Shown here one piece after another: positions 12,966 through 25,470 of a DNA stretch of 61,355 nucleotides (positions are counted from its first letter, which is position 1; the number at the start of each line of letters is the position of its first letter). Both the position numbers and the translations under genes were made by a program. The stretch is from Rhynchobatus australiae (lineage: Eukaryota): positions 26,890,515 through 26,951,869 of the forward strand of contig JAUZTB010000066.1 in assembly GCA_034780895.1 (NCBI GenBank), in the 5' to 3' direction. The notes beneath the pieces are model-generated. The model searched no databases, was not told the DNA's origin, and saw nothing but the letters and a program-made list of their open reading frames with translations.

Positions 12966-13764
12966 CACATCTGGGCTGGCCACAGAGCACATCAGTCTGA
13001 GGAATGATGCAGGGCAGAGCTCCAGAGCAAGAACCTTTCTGCCATAAGAGAGCAGATGTTGTGACCATGTTAGGAGCATCACTGTGACTCTGCCATGATT
13101 TAGGAGAGATGTAACTGGTTTCCAAACTACAATGAAGCAGGTAGCAGCAGGTTAGTTCTTCATCGTTTTCAAATCCCTCCGTGGTCTTGGCTTTCCTTTT
13201 AGCTATTCAGCAGAGGACAAACTGGCTTTGGAATGGAAAGAACATAACACTGCTGTCGATTTCTCTAGATAAATGCAGTAAGTAGAGGATAATTACGTAA
13301 CATGTTACCTGCACAAAGTGAATCTATCACTTGCAATAGTGCTGTCAACAACAAGATTGATTGACAGTGGAATTATCCAATCATCTCTACTCTGACTGCC
13401 ACAGTAATATTATAATGTACAGGCATAAATAAATAACTCTCCCTTATGCAGGCTCAACTATCAAAGTGGCCATATGGGAGGAGAGGGAAACATATTGTAC
13501 CTTTGGAGTGAATACAGGGAAAGTTGTCAGCAGGAGGGTAACTCCATAGAACATTAAACAAAAGTTGTCGGTTAGAAGTTACAACCTGGTGCAGTGTGAA
13601 ACCACAGCAAGTAGTCTAGAAAGAAATACTTGCATTTCTATCAGGCTGCTGACTACCTCAGGATGTCACAAAGTACTTAGTACAGTCATTGTTGTAATGT
13701 CTGTACAGCAAGATTCCACAAACAATATTGTGATATTGAGCAGATCGTTTGCTCTTGGTTTGTT

Positions 13765-15260
13765 ATAAGTGCATCTTCAGACTTTGTGGGAGGCTGGAGA
13801 AGAAATTGCAGAGGCCCTTGCGGAGATATTTGCTTCATCGTTAGCCACTGGTGAAATTCCGGAAGACTGGAAGGTGGCTAATGTTGTTCAGTTGTTTAAG
13901 AAGGGGAGCAAGGACAAGCTTGACATCGGTAGTGGGGAAGTTACTGGAGGGAGTTCTGAGGGACAGGATCTGACAGCATTTGGTTAGCCTGATTAGGAGG
14001 AGTCAGCATGGCTTTGTGTGTGGAGAGTCGTGCTTGATGAACCTTTTCAAGTTTTTTGAAGAGGTAACCAAAATAGGTAGATGAGGGGTAGGGCAGTGGA
14101 TGTTGTCTATTTGGACTTTAGCAAGGTCTTTGACAAGGTCCCGTATGATAGGCTGGTCTGGAAGGTTAGCTGCCATGGAATTCAGGGAGAGCAAGTTAGG
14201 TGGATTCAAAATTGGCTCAGAGGTAGGAAACAGAGGGTGGTGGTTGAAGGCTGTTCTCGGAATGGAGGCTGGGGACAAGCAGTGTGCCACAGGGGTCAGT
14301 GTTGGGACCCTGGTTATTTATATAAATGATTTGGATGTGAATGCACAAGGCTTGATCAGTAAATTTGTGGATGACACAAAATTAGGAGGTGTTGATGGTG
14401 AAGAAGGTTATCGTAGGTTACAGGGGGATCTTGATCAGTTGGGGAAGTGGGACGAGGAGTGGCAAATGGATTTCAATACAGATAAGTGTGAGGTGATGCA
14501 TTTTGGAAAGTCATTTCATACTATGAATGGTAGGGCATGAGGGAGTGTAATGGAACAGAGGGACCTAGAAGTGCAAGTGCATAGTTTGTTGAAAGCGGTG
14601 GCACAGGTAGACAGGGTGGTGAAGAAGATGTTTAGCAGTGCTGGCCTTCTTCAGTCAGGGAACTGAGTACAGGAGTTGGGACATTATGTTGCAGTTGTAT
14701 AAGTCATTGGTGAGGCTGCGCTTGGAGCACTGTGTACAGCTTTGGTCACCCTGTTGTAGGAAAGACATGGCTAAACTGGAAAGTGTGCAGAAAGGACTTA
14801 CGAGGATGTTGCCAGGACTGGAGGGCCTGAGTTACAGGGAGAGGTTGGCCAGGCTGGGTCTGTGATCCTTGGAATGTAGGAGAATGAGGGGTGAGCTTAT
14901 AGAAATGTTTAAAATTATGAGAGGCATGGATAAGGTGGACGGTAACAGTCTTTTCCCCAGGGTAGGGGAGTCCAAAATTAGGGGGCATAGGTTTAGGGTG
15001 AGAGGGGAAAGATTTAACAGGGACCCAAGGAGCAACTTTTCCCACAGACGGTGGTGAGTATATAGAATGAGCTGCCAGAGGAACTGGTTGAGGCAGGAAC
15101 AGTTCTTTAAGAAGTACTTGGGTAGGAGCGTGAAGGGGTGGGGCTTGGAGGGATATGGGCTGAATGCAGGAAATTGGGACTAATTGGGTGGACAATGGGG
15201 TCAGTATGGACTGGTTGGGCCGAAGGGCCTGTGTCCATGTTGTATTGCTCCAAGACTCTA
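13765..15260 (+). mobile_element. CR1 LINE, 5'-truncated, degenerate RT through the 3' tail
   Basis: Fragments PEDWKVANV, VDVVYLDFSKVFDKVP, YINDLD..SKFVDDTKLGG, LYKSLVR..LEHCVQLWSP and RGHRFRVRGERF; ends in the GGGCCGAAGGGCCTGT tail. Confidence 0.92.
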
Positions 15261-16284
15261 TCTGCAACAACTGCAGTGTTATGTATTCTACAGTTCTTCC
15301 CTCCCTCCCTCCCTCTCTCCTCTGTTCTCATTTACCTCCTCCAGTCAGATCAGCTGGGATCAAGAGCTTCCACCAACCACTCCCAATCAGCACCACCACC
15401 ACTTGTGTCATTTAATCACGCTACGCTATTACAACCATCCTTTCTTTCCCATCCCTCCTCCCACTTCTCTGCAACTTAAAGCAGGCTTAATTTCTAATCT
15501 TTCCCCATTCTGATGAAGTCATCAACCTACAACTAATTTTGTTTCTTTCTCCATGCTGCTTGAGCTGCTGAGCATTTCCAGCATTCTCTGGCTTTTATAA
15601 AACCAAGGTCCCTTTTGTTGTATCAAATGGACATAAATTATTCCATTGGCACTGCTGGAAGAATCCTGTCCAATATTTATCCCTCAACCAATAATATTAA
15701 AATAAATGATCCAACTCTTACAATGTCACTGGGTGCTATATAAAAATTTGCAGACCTATTTCTTAAATTACACAATGGTACTCTTCAAAAGTACATGGTT
15801 GGTTTCAACATTTGTTGGGTGTCCTTAGATTACAATTTGTGCTTTATAAATGAAGTTTTATCCTCGTTTTCCTAAGTGGGTTTGAAATGTTGACCAGCTA
15901 CCCCACCTGGGCCGGACAGGATAAAACACGTATTTCAGGGTCAGATTGGGTCAGATGTATCCTCCAACGAAGCCTGCATGTTAAGGGTGGTTTGGCCCTG
16001 CCCCACCACTCCAACTAGGTCAGGACAATATTCCCAACACACTGGAGGCTGCTGTACTGACAGTGATGGTTGGGTCAGGTTGGGCACAGAGGAAACAGGC
16101 TTGGCTTGGATCTAGGATGGCGAGAACTGGGTTACGCTTGGGCGACCCTGAGCAGTTGAAGGAAGCTATAAAAAGCTGCACTGGGGAATTCAGAGATCCT
16201 GGATCTACTGCCTTAGTCCCTCAAATGGAAGATAAAGTAGGAGCCTTCCATTTTACTAATGGCTTTACTAACGTGTACTTTCAG

Positions 16285-16478
16285 AAAACCAGGACTACTT
16301 CGAAAAACACCGTTGGCCTCCTGTGTGGTTTCTCAAAGAAGATGATCATTACCAGCGAGCAAGGAGAGAGCGTGATAAGGAGGACTACTTGTGCCAGAAA
16401 CGTCAGTTAAAGCGCAAGTGGTTCTTCTGGAATACAAGCTCACCATCTGCAGCCTCATCCTCCTCCACAGTCATCTGA
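16285..16478 (+). CDS. Terminal coding exon of a RhoBTB-family atypical Rho GTPase (RHOBTB2-like / possible RHOBTB4-type)
   Basis: Branch point TACTAAC (16266-16272) and acceptor tactttcAG. The exon reads (E)[63 protein letters not shown]-stop (TGA 16476-16478), the characteristic RHOBTB1/2 C-terminus ([27 protein letters not shown]...) with a RHOBTB2-like Ser-rich tail. Confidence 0.9.
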
Positions 16479-16688
16479 GGGCATGGCGTGGATTGAAGAA
16501 CCCTGATTTTAAACTAACAGTTAATCCAGCATCCAACAGTTTGAAGGCCTTCTTCCAAGTCAGCTAAATGCTTACCAGGTTTTAACGACCAGCAGCCAGA
16601 CCACTGCAGTCTGGATAGATCATGGCAATCAAAGTGAGTTTTTATTTCCTGATGGTCAGTGCTAACTTCTCCCACTCTCTGACACTGA

Positions 16689-16722
16689 CACGCACGCACA
16701 CACGCACACGCACGCACACGCG
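16689..16722. repeat. (ACGC/AC)n microsatellite in the RhoBTB 3' UTR
   Basis: Alternating purine-pyrimidine run. Confidence 0.85.
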
Positions 16723-16926
16723 ACATTAGACTGTAAAGCAGACATGGGTGTGGTTACTTAGCACAATGGTTCAGTTCTAGAAAGCATGATACTCTTCCTT
16801 GCATGGATCTTGCTGTGGCTGAGCCAGATTGATTACAAATTGATATATATTCCAGGAATTATATTTGGGTATAAGCTGGATGCTCTGCTGAGTTCATATT
16901 CTCACATAATACCTTCTCTTAGAAAG

Positions 16927-16932
16927 AATAAA
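16927..16932 (+). other. Candidate polyadenylation signal of the RhoBTB gene
   Basis: AATAAA ~450 nt after the stop codon; a second AATAAA lies near 17103. Confidence 0.35.
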
Positions 16933-18637
16933 TCAGGGTTTCAATTAATGGAAATTGAGGAATAAGATACTGGGCTTATTTCTTTTTACTTAACAGTTGA
17001 ACAGTTCATTAGAAAAGCAATCCCTGAATTTGTTGTTTCTTCATTTGCACACTGAGCTTATGTACAAGGTGTACATATTTTATATTCAAAAATATTCAGA
17101 AAAAATAAACAATTTATTAGCAAATAGATCTGAATCAGGAACAATGCTGTTCCTTTTCTACTTTACCTGCAGATTGAAGGGTTGCAAAACAGTGCATGAG
17201 AAAGTGGAATTCACGTGTGACCCTGTGTCTCTGGTTGCAACATGAGGTGATGTGGTACTAGAACCAAACATGTAGAATATTTTTCCTCGCAACACTCTAG
17301 TGATTTACAATTATAGTGGGAAAAAAATGTTTTTTGCCTGTGATAATTTTCAAATTGTGATATTTTACTAAATGGAAATCACAGTTTTTCTACCACTGTG
17401 TTTTGACTAAACTAAATCAACAGGACAACTGTAGGAAGGCTGACCTAGGGTCATATTAGCAACAAAAAAAAGTGTGTAGCTGGATTATTTTCATGCAACT
17501 ATTGTGCAGTCACATGCATTCAATGTTGCACCGTGAGTGTTGGCTTGTTTCAGGGATATTCTCCATTTGTAAAGTCAATGGGGACCTGGAATGGAATCTG
17601 AAAAAAGATGATAACTTTTTTACCATTCCTTTAGGTTCTGACAGGAAAGGTCATGTAATCTATAATTTTAGTGATTAGGTAGAAGATTAGGTATAGATAT
17701 TTTCAATTTGCAAACAAAGAATTGATGACTATAGATGGTTCAGCACATTGTATCCATGCGCCATTTGATTAGCTGCTATGCATACCCAGGGATCATGTGC
17801 TTGCATTGCTCATGATCCTTGGTGCTCTGGCCTTTGAACAGCACCCAGATTATCCAAGATATTATGCACCAATAACAGAGTGTTTAATGGATTGATTCGA
17901 AGTGAGGAATATGTAATAAGCAGCTTGGTCATTCAGCAACAAGGTGGGATCTTATCAGAAGCAGATCCCAAAAAAGGCTATTAGGTGTCAAATCCATGTG
18001 ACAATAGTCAAAGCAAGTTAAAGTGTCTGTTACATTTTGTGAAATACTTCTGCATATCTAAACTCAGTGCAGCCAATTTCTGGGTCTCCAACCAACCCAA
18101 TGTTGAGTGATTGCAATTTTACTGACAGAACTCCTTTTGAGAGGTGAAAGTTTATGCATTGTGAGGCCTTTTACCCTTTTAATTTATTATTTGTTGTAGG
18201 AATTTAAAGCTCTGTAGACTTCTGAAAGGATCAAATGTTTACATTATTTTATTGCTTGTTGAGAATTTAATAAGAAATTGCTTTAAAGAAGTAGGACTTT
18301 GTTTTGGATGGTTTAATGGGCAGTGATTTAGTTCAAGGGTAAGAGAAATGTGAAGATATTTTAAATGTCGTCCTTGATAGGTTTTCTCTCTTGACTGTGG
18401 ACCTTTTGTATAAATAAACTGGAGCTCTTGCATAAATACAGTTTAAACTTTTCTCTCTCCCTTGTAAACCATGTTGTAGAATGTGCCAATTTGTGGTTGA
18501 GAAGTTGTTTGTTGTTAAGTAAGAGCATTAGTGGTGCNNNNNNNNNNNNNNNNNNNNNNNNNNNNNNNNNNNNNNNNNNNNNNNNNNNNNNNNNNNNNNN
18601 NNNNNNNNNNNNNNNNNNNNNNNNNNNNNNNNNNNNN

Positions 18638-19745
18638 GAGTAGAGTAGAGGGCTGAGGGCGCAGCCTTGTGGGGCACCAGTGTTGAGAATAATCGTGCCG
18701 GAGGTATTGCTGCCTATCCTGAGTGATTGCGGTCTGTTTGTTAGAAAGTCAAGGATCCAGTTACAGAGGGAGGTGTTGAGTCCCAGGTCTCTGAGTTTGG
18801 TGATGAGTTTGCTTGGGATTATTGTATTGAAGGCAGAGCTGTAGTCAATAAACAGTCGTGTGTCTTTACTGTCCAGATGCTCCAGAGCTGAGTGTGGGGC
18901 CAGGGAGATGGCTTCCGCTCTAGACCTGTTCTGGTGATAGGTGAATTGCAACGGGGCCAGGTTGTCTGGGAGGCTGGAGTTGATGTGTGCAGTGACCAGC
19001 CTCTCAAAGCACTTCATGATGCTGGATGTCAGAGCCACTGGTCGGTAGTCATTGAGCCTTGCTTTTCTTTGGTACTGGGATGATAGTGGTCTTCTTAAAA
19101 CAGGTGGGAACCTGAGATTGAAGCGGGGAGAGGTTAAATATGTCTGCAAATACTTCTGCCAGCTGATCAGCACAAGATCTGAGCACACGGCCCAGGACAC
19201 CATCTGGGCCAGGTGCTTTCCTCGTGTTCACTCTCCGGAAGACTGATCTTAAGTCCTCCACTGTGATCACAGGTTCAGCTGCGTTGGTGGCTGTCAGGGT
19301 TGATGGTCACAATCCATTTCCCTTCTGTTCAAAACACGCATAGAATGCGTTAAGTTCATCAGGAAGGGATGCGCTGTTGTTAGCTATGCTGCCCGACTTC
19401 ATCTTGTAGCCTGTAATGGCATGTAAGCCCTGCCATAACTGACAGCTGGTCAGGGACTCCATTTTCAGTTGGTATTGCCTCATGGCATCCCTGTTAGCTT
19501 TCCGAAGGTCACACCTCGATTTCTTGTACAGATCAGGATCACCAGATTTGTGTGCAGCAGTCCTCACCTTCAGTAGGGAGTGGATCTCCCGGTTCATCCA
19601 CGGTTTCCTGCTTGGGCACACCCCTATTGTCTTCTTTGGTACACAGTCCTCCACACACTTGCTGATAAAGTGATGGTGGTGACGTACCCATCCAGGCTGG
19701 CAGCTGAATCCTTGAACATGGACCAGTCCACTGTCTCAAAGCCGT
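18638..19745 (-). mobile_element. Rex1/Babar-type LINE RT fragment
   Basis: [56 protein letters not shown] and [14 protein letters not shown], spread over frameshifted ORFs. Confidence 0.88.
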
Positions 19746-20049
19746 CACATAGGAACGTGCAGAGACGGGGCTTAGAGGGATATGGGCTGAACGCAGAAAA
19801 TTGGGACTAACTGGGCGGGCGCCGTGGTTAGCATAGACACGTTGGGCCAAAGGGCCTGTATCCATGCTGTATTGTTCTGTGACCTATACCTCTATGTTTT
19901 GGTTCAGGTTTCCATATTGGCCAGATTCATCAGCAGAACCCAACTTGTACAATGGGACAACTAATGCCCCATGAGAAACAGGCAGTTTAGCATCAGACCT
20001 GAAGCTGCCTCCTCCAACAGTACAGAGCTAATGAGGTAGTAAGTACTCA

Positions 20050-20219
20050 GACCCTGGAATGGGAGGGGGATCCCACAGATGCACAGCTTCACCACCGGAT
20101 TGTGACTCGGTTTCCCTTCCGTTCATAAACAGCTGCTGCATCTGACCCCCACAATTCTGAGCTGGTGAGGGGAAGATCAGACAGGAATCCTCCTCTTGAT
20201 CCTTCCCCAAGGATATCTT
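20050..20219 (-). pseudogene. Exon remnant preceding/entering the FYRN-like region
   Basis: ttccAG acceptor; QQLFMNGRETES (FMNGRETES at 20103-20129) resembles KMT2A RRKFLNGLEPEN. Confidence 0.5.
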
Positions 20220-20329
20220 CTGGAATGTTATCTGCATATTGAATAATAGTGAGATCAGGGCTTGGCAGAATAACATTCTCACAAGTACTCTTGACTCACA
20301 CATAAAGTGTGATTGCTTAGATCATAAAG

Positions 20330-20660
20330 CATAGAAATAGGTCCTTCAGCTTGCAGTCTGCACTGACCATTAAACACCCACTTACACCTGTCCTACCAAT
20401 TCTATCTTCTTTTCCCCTCATTCCCATCACACCCAGCCTCAAGATTCTACTACTCACCAACACACCAGAGGCAGTCTACAATGCCCAATTAACTTGCCAG
20501 CCTGCACATCTTTGAGATGTGGGAGGAAACCAGATGCCATGGAGGAAACCCACAGCGTCACAGGGAGAACGTGCAAACTCCACACAGGCAGCACAGGAGG
20601 TCAAGACTGAACCCGATCACTGGAGATATGAGGCAGCAGCTCTACAAGTTGTGCCACCCA
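20330..20660 (-). mobile_element. HE1-like SINE
   Basis: Same core and tail as 1217-1528. Confidence 0.78.
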
Positions 20661-20778
20661 GTGTGATTTCCAGGCCGACCCCCTAACTCATATCCTGTGC
20701 TAATCAGATACCAGGAGATTTCCGGCTCCTTCACTGGAGGAAGGGAAAGATTGAGAGGGAAATGAGTAGATTGCTTAC

Positions 20779-20991
20779 AAGCATCTATTTATAAGGAGAA
20801 TCAAACTGGCTTAGCAGGTGCACTGGACATCAGGTGAGAGACCTTCTCATTGTGAGCAGCTGCAGTAACATAGCAATAACAAACACAGTTTATAACTCTT
20901 AGATAAGGGGTGATATGGGATTGCAGCAGGTGGGAGTCTCACTATAATAACACCTCCTGTCGTACTGTTTGCATCAATCATTAATTTCCTT
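20779..20991 (-). pseudogene. Exon remnant, PHD4-like segment (frameshifted)
   Basis: ctacAG acceptor and GTAAGC donor. Fragments *CKQ, TCCNP, YHPL, NCV and CYC appear in the order of KMT2A RCEFC..CTSNYHFMC..KNCVF..VYC. Confidence 0.35.
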
Positions 20992-21169
20992 CTGTAGCAA
21001 AAATGATAAATCGGAATAATAAAACAATAATACATCTGTTCTGTTTACATCCATGTTGCTCAGCTGAGGCACTTACAAACCAAGACCATCAGTAGTCAGG
21101 CAGGGAAGTGTTTCTGGGACAGCTCTATTATGTTGTTTTGTACAAGTGTAATGGAACCAGATTTGCAGC

Positions 21170-22340
21170 TATTGCACTATTAATTCAGAGTGCAGGTTCA
21201 GCACATGTCAACAGACCACACACCGGTGCCAGCTTACTGCACTTATAAATATAGCTGGACACCAGTGCAGTTCCTGTGCACACCAACAGAGCTAAATATC
21301 AGTGTAATTTCTATAACTAGCAACACAATCGCACACTGGTGAAATTATTGCCAGTATAAACACAGCAACACATTGGTGCAGTTGCTGCACAAGACAATAT
21401 AGCCACACACTATTACTGCACATATCAATGCACCTGTATGGTAGTGCACTGACTACATATATACAATTGAGCTGTTACAGCACATATTAACACTGATACA
21501 GACTTTTCAGTTACCACATGTATTCAAAAAGCCCCACACAGGCGCATTTACTGCACAACAGAACAGTCACACATTAGTGGGCATATATCAATATAACCAC
21601 ACACTACTTCAGTTACTGTATGCAGCTATATATTGTATACTGTATACTGTATAGCTACATACTTATCCAGTTACTTCTCATATCAACACAGCCACCTATT
21701 GTTCATTCACAGCACCAATCCATACAGTGACACCCTTGTCCACTTACTCATTCAGTTATTGCACCTATCCAAACAGCTACTCCACAAATCAATACAACTA
21801 CACACTAGGGCAGTTACACTAATATCAAGGCATCAACACACTGTCCATTTACCTCACATATCAATTCAGCCACACAGTGATCCACTTGCTGCCACCCAGT
21901 GATTCATTTATTGCTTGTATCAGTGTAGCTATATGCTGGCATGTTAGTGCATATATCAATGTAGGCAGTTACTGCACACTGATGCAGTAACTGTGTGTAT
22001 GAGCGCACTGCAGAGAGCAGCAGAGAAACACACTGTGTAGTTAGTACACATAGTCACACACTAGTACAGATCTTGCACATAGCAATACAGCTGCACACTG
22101 ATGCAATTACTGTGCATTATAATAGATTCACACACTGTCCAGTCATCACTCATAGCACTGCAGCCACACACTAGTTCTGTTCCTAGATATATCAGAGCAA
22201 CTAGCTCTTACCAGTGCTGCCATACACATGCAGTTCCCACACAAGTGAATACAGTTACATGCTAACCAACCAATATAGAAACACATTGATTCAATTGCTG
22301 CTCATATCAATACAAATATATATTCATTCAGTTACTATGT
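21170..22340. repeat. Degenerate satellite-like array
   Basis: Recurring CACACTGGTGCAGTTACTGCACA / ATCAATACAGC motifs at roughly 30-35 bp spacing. Confidence 0.65.
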
Positions 22341-22888
22341 ATGTTAATGTTTTTTCAACATGCATATGATACAATTCATTTACTTCTATTGCATAATCCA
22401 AGCTTTTGTGGCAACCTTGAGTACTTTTAGAGCCAGGGTGGTTGGGTGTGAATCACACACTGCTCCAGCTTTACTTTATCAGTTATCAGATCAATCAAGG
22501 ACAGGACTTCACTACAAAGGATTGGAACTTATATTTTAGAAACTCACCAATGAAATAAAGAAGCAAAGCACAAAGAACCAATGTCAATGGTTAAGAACGC
22601 TATCAGACAAAGGGAAGGGGAGGGAAGGGAACATCTCAAAATCTTGGCTATGCCACATTTGGTTCTTGACGTTCTCTAGGGACAAGGCTACAAACCCCTT
22701 CAGCAAATATCTCTACAGTCACGCACTATTTCAGTCGCGGTACTCATAAATGTAGGAGAACACTGACGCAGTTGTTGCACATTAGTGCAGGCACAAACCG
22801 GTCCAGCTACTAACCATAATTGGACAGCCAGACACCATGTGCTGTTAGGACATGGGAAATGGAAGCGAGAATAGGTCCTTCAGCCCCT

Positions 22889-23184
22889 CCACACCTACAC
22901 CACGGCAGTCACTGCAGGTATGGATCCACACCTGCATCACGGCAGTCACTGCATGGATGGATCCATAGCTACACCACGGCAGTCACTGCATGGATGGATC
23001 CACACCTACACCACTGCAGTCACTGCATGGATGGATCCACACCTACACCATGGCAGTCACTGCATGGATGGATCCACACCTATACCACGGCAGTCACTGC
23101 ATGGATGGATCCACACCTACACCACGGCAGTCACTGCATGGATGGATCCACACCTACACCACGGCAGTCACTGCATGTATGGAT
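22889..23184. repeat. 37-bp minisatellite, 8 copies
   Basis: Unit CCACACCTACACCACGGCAGTCACTGCATGGATGGAT, 0-2 substitutions per copy. Confidence 0.95.
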
Positions 23185-23399
23185 TCAGACTCAACATGCT
23201 GCAGTCTGTTGCAGCCGTCAGTCCCTGGAGAATGTCAGGGCCCAAATACGGTATATCTGACCTTTTGAGTAGTTCCCTTGTCTTTCTTCAGTTTGTCTGG
23301 TAGTGTCCTTAACCATTGACATTGATTCTTTGTGCCTTGGCTCGGTGTGGCTTTGATTGGTGAGTTTCCAGTACATCATTTCCACCATTTGTAGTGAAG

Positions 23400-23712
23400 T
23401 TAGACTGGAACAGAATGGAATCATACGCATGGAATCATACTGGGTACTTGGCCCAACTCATCCACACAGACCAGTGGGCACCCTTCTGTATTAATCCCAC
23501 CTCCCAGCAGTTGGTCCATAGCCTTCTATGGCTATGCGATTCAAGTGCTGATCAAGACATTTCTGAAACACTGTCAGCGACCCAGCTTCAACCACTCTCT
23601 AGGCAGTGCATCCCAGGTACTCGCCACTCTCTGAGTTAAGAAGGTCCCCTCATATTCCCTGTAAGTCTTCATATTCCCTCTTAGCCTAAATCTATGTCCT
23701 CTAGTTTTATCT
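23400..23712 (-). mobile_element. CR1 3' fragment inserted in the inverted-repeat arm
   Basis: Reverse complement of the CR1 3' end (TTGGCCCAACTCATCC..., CCTAAATCTATGTCCTCTAGTTTT). Confidence 0.7.
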
Positions 23713-25239
23713 GCAGTTCTGTCCTTGATTGATCCGATAACTGATAAAGTAAAGCTGGAGCAGTGTGTGATGCACTCCCAGCCACCCTGGCTCTAAAAGC
23801 AATGAAGATTGCCACAAAAGCTTGGACTGTGCGACAAAAGACATGAAGTAAATAATGTGATAACGGCGTCATTTGTATATTACATAAAATCTTGTGAGCC
23901 AATAATTGTTATGAGGTGGAAGACCTGCAACAATTGATCTTGTTAGGACGTGGGCTGTTGTATAAATTCACAGAAGGTGTACATAATAACTCTATTGTAG
24001 CTGGCCAGAATTTGGATTTTAGTGCCCCCAAGTGTTTGCCCGTCACACTACAACAAGACTGACTATTGGGCCAAAGTTTGTAAGAGGGAATCTAGAGTCA
24101 CAGAATCGTGGAGTTATGCAGCACGGAAATAATAATAGACTAAGGGATATTTAAAGCACAGAAGGAGTCCATTTGGCCCATTCTGAGCACATCAGCTGAT
24201 CTGGCTAACCCCACTTCCCAGTTATTGTGAATCCTTTTACAAATTAAATTAATGGCATTGATTATTCAGCTCTCGGTTATTCAACCTTTCAGTCATATAC
24301 ACTTTAAGTAAATGTCTCTTCAGCCTCCCTTTTTTCCAAATGAAAAGAACTCCAGCTTATCCAAACTCTCATCCTAATTTCTTGCACCCTCTCTGATGCT
24401 ATGATACCCATGCAGTAAGATGGTGACCAGAACTGTAATTCACCTGTGACCTGACCAATGTTTAAGACACTTTTAGCATGACCTCCTGTCAATAAAGGAA
24501 TATGCCCCTGTATATCTTTTCAAACTACCATGTCCACTTGTTCTGCGACTTAGGGGGCTCTATGAACATGCACTCCAATGCCCCTCTCCTCCTCTTCGCT
24601 CTGTGGACTCCAACCACTTATTTGCACTGCTCCAAATGCATTTCCTCACACTTCTCCAGGAAGAATTCGATTTGCCTCTTTGCTCAATTGACCAGTCTGC
24701 TATTTCAGACTTGCCTCTGTGTTCAGGTAAAAATAAAAGGACTTCTAAGTTTGTGGAAACATGAGCTCTTGGTAAGAGAGTGAGGGAAATAGGTCACCTG
24801 GGACCTGAGTGAGCAGGACAAGCAATTGGGTAAATCATCAACCAGTGAGGCTAAAGGATTGGCAGCGAGGTTGGGCAGAGCAGGAATACATTGAAATCAC
24901 CCGCTCCAATTTGCAAAGTCAAAATAGGTGCAAAAAGAAAATAAGAGGAAAATTGATGGATTTAAGAAAGAAAAGAAAGGACGAAATAATTCTTACAAAA
25001 AATATTTTTACAGTTATTTAAAGCAATTCACAACCTGAAAGATGGAGACTTCAACTTTTATTAGTAATATAATAATTCCAAATAATTAGTTAAATATGGT
25101 AGTTTGGCCAAAGAGGCCAAAGTTAATAATTACTGTGTTCTTACTAATTACGAGCCGTAAATATCTGGGGTGTTTATTTTATGTCTACCACAGAAACATT
25201 GCAACTTTAGGCCACTGATTACATTTAGTGGTGAGCCAG

Positions 25240-25470
25240 GCAGTGAAATGTTGCTTTCGTGAACTCAAACATATTCAAAAGCAACTTCTGGATGTATCAT
25301 ATTTAACCTGGCATCTGCCCCTCACTGGGAATTGCCATACCATTTATCCTTAAATAACAGTGAAGCTATTAGTCTCCCTGTTATTTTGATAGCAAATTCC
25401 AGTCCAATATGGAACAGGGCTGCATGTGAGGAGCTTTGGCCATTGGGAGCACATGGTTGATGGGGGTCGG
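25240..25470 (-). pseudogene. Exon remnant, pre-PHD4/ePHD-like segment
   Basis: CCCCCATCAACCATGTGCTCCCAATGG (25440-25466) gives frameshifted PPS/NHV/SQW (~PPSLDH[NV]YAQW). It is followed by TGRLI..KDKW (~AGRLLYIGQNEW). Confidence 0.45.

Larger units (their letters stand above)
22350..23885. mobile_element. Long inverted-repeat (foldback/MITE-like) element
   Basis: Left arm ~22350-22690 is the reverse complement of 23215-23400 plus 23715-23885. The right arm is split by a CR1 fragment. Confidence 0.7.

Noticed and set aside
16063-16410. 115-aa ORF from the track
   Set aside because: Wrong frame; the conserved RhoBTB peptide is in another frame starting at the 16285 acceptor.
20847-21035. LMIDANSTTGG as a SET-domain remnant
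   Set aside because: No NHSC or ELxYDY motif; position and other fragments fit PHD4 better.
22820-23303. His-rich repetitive ORFs and a CRISPR-like appearance
   Set aside because: Translation of a 37-bp head-to-tail minisatellite with no spacers, in a eukaryotic context.
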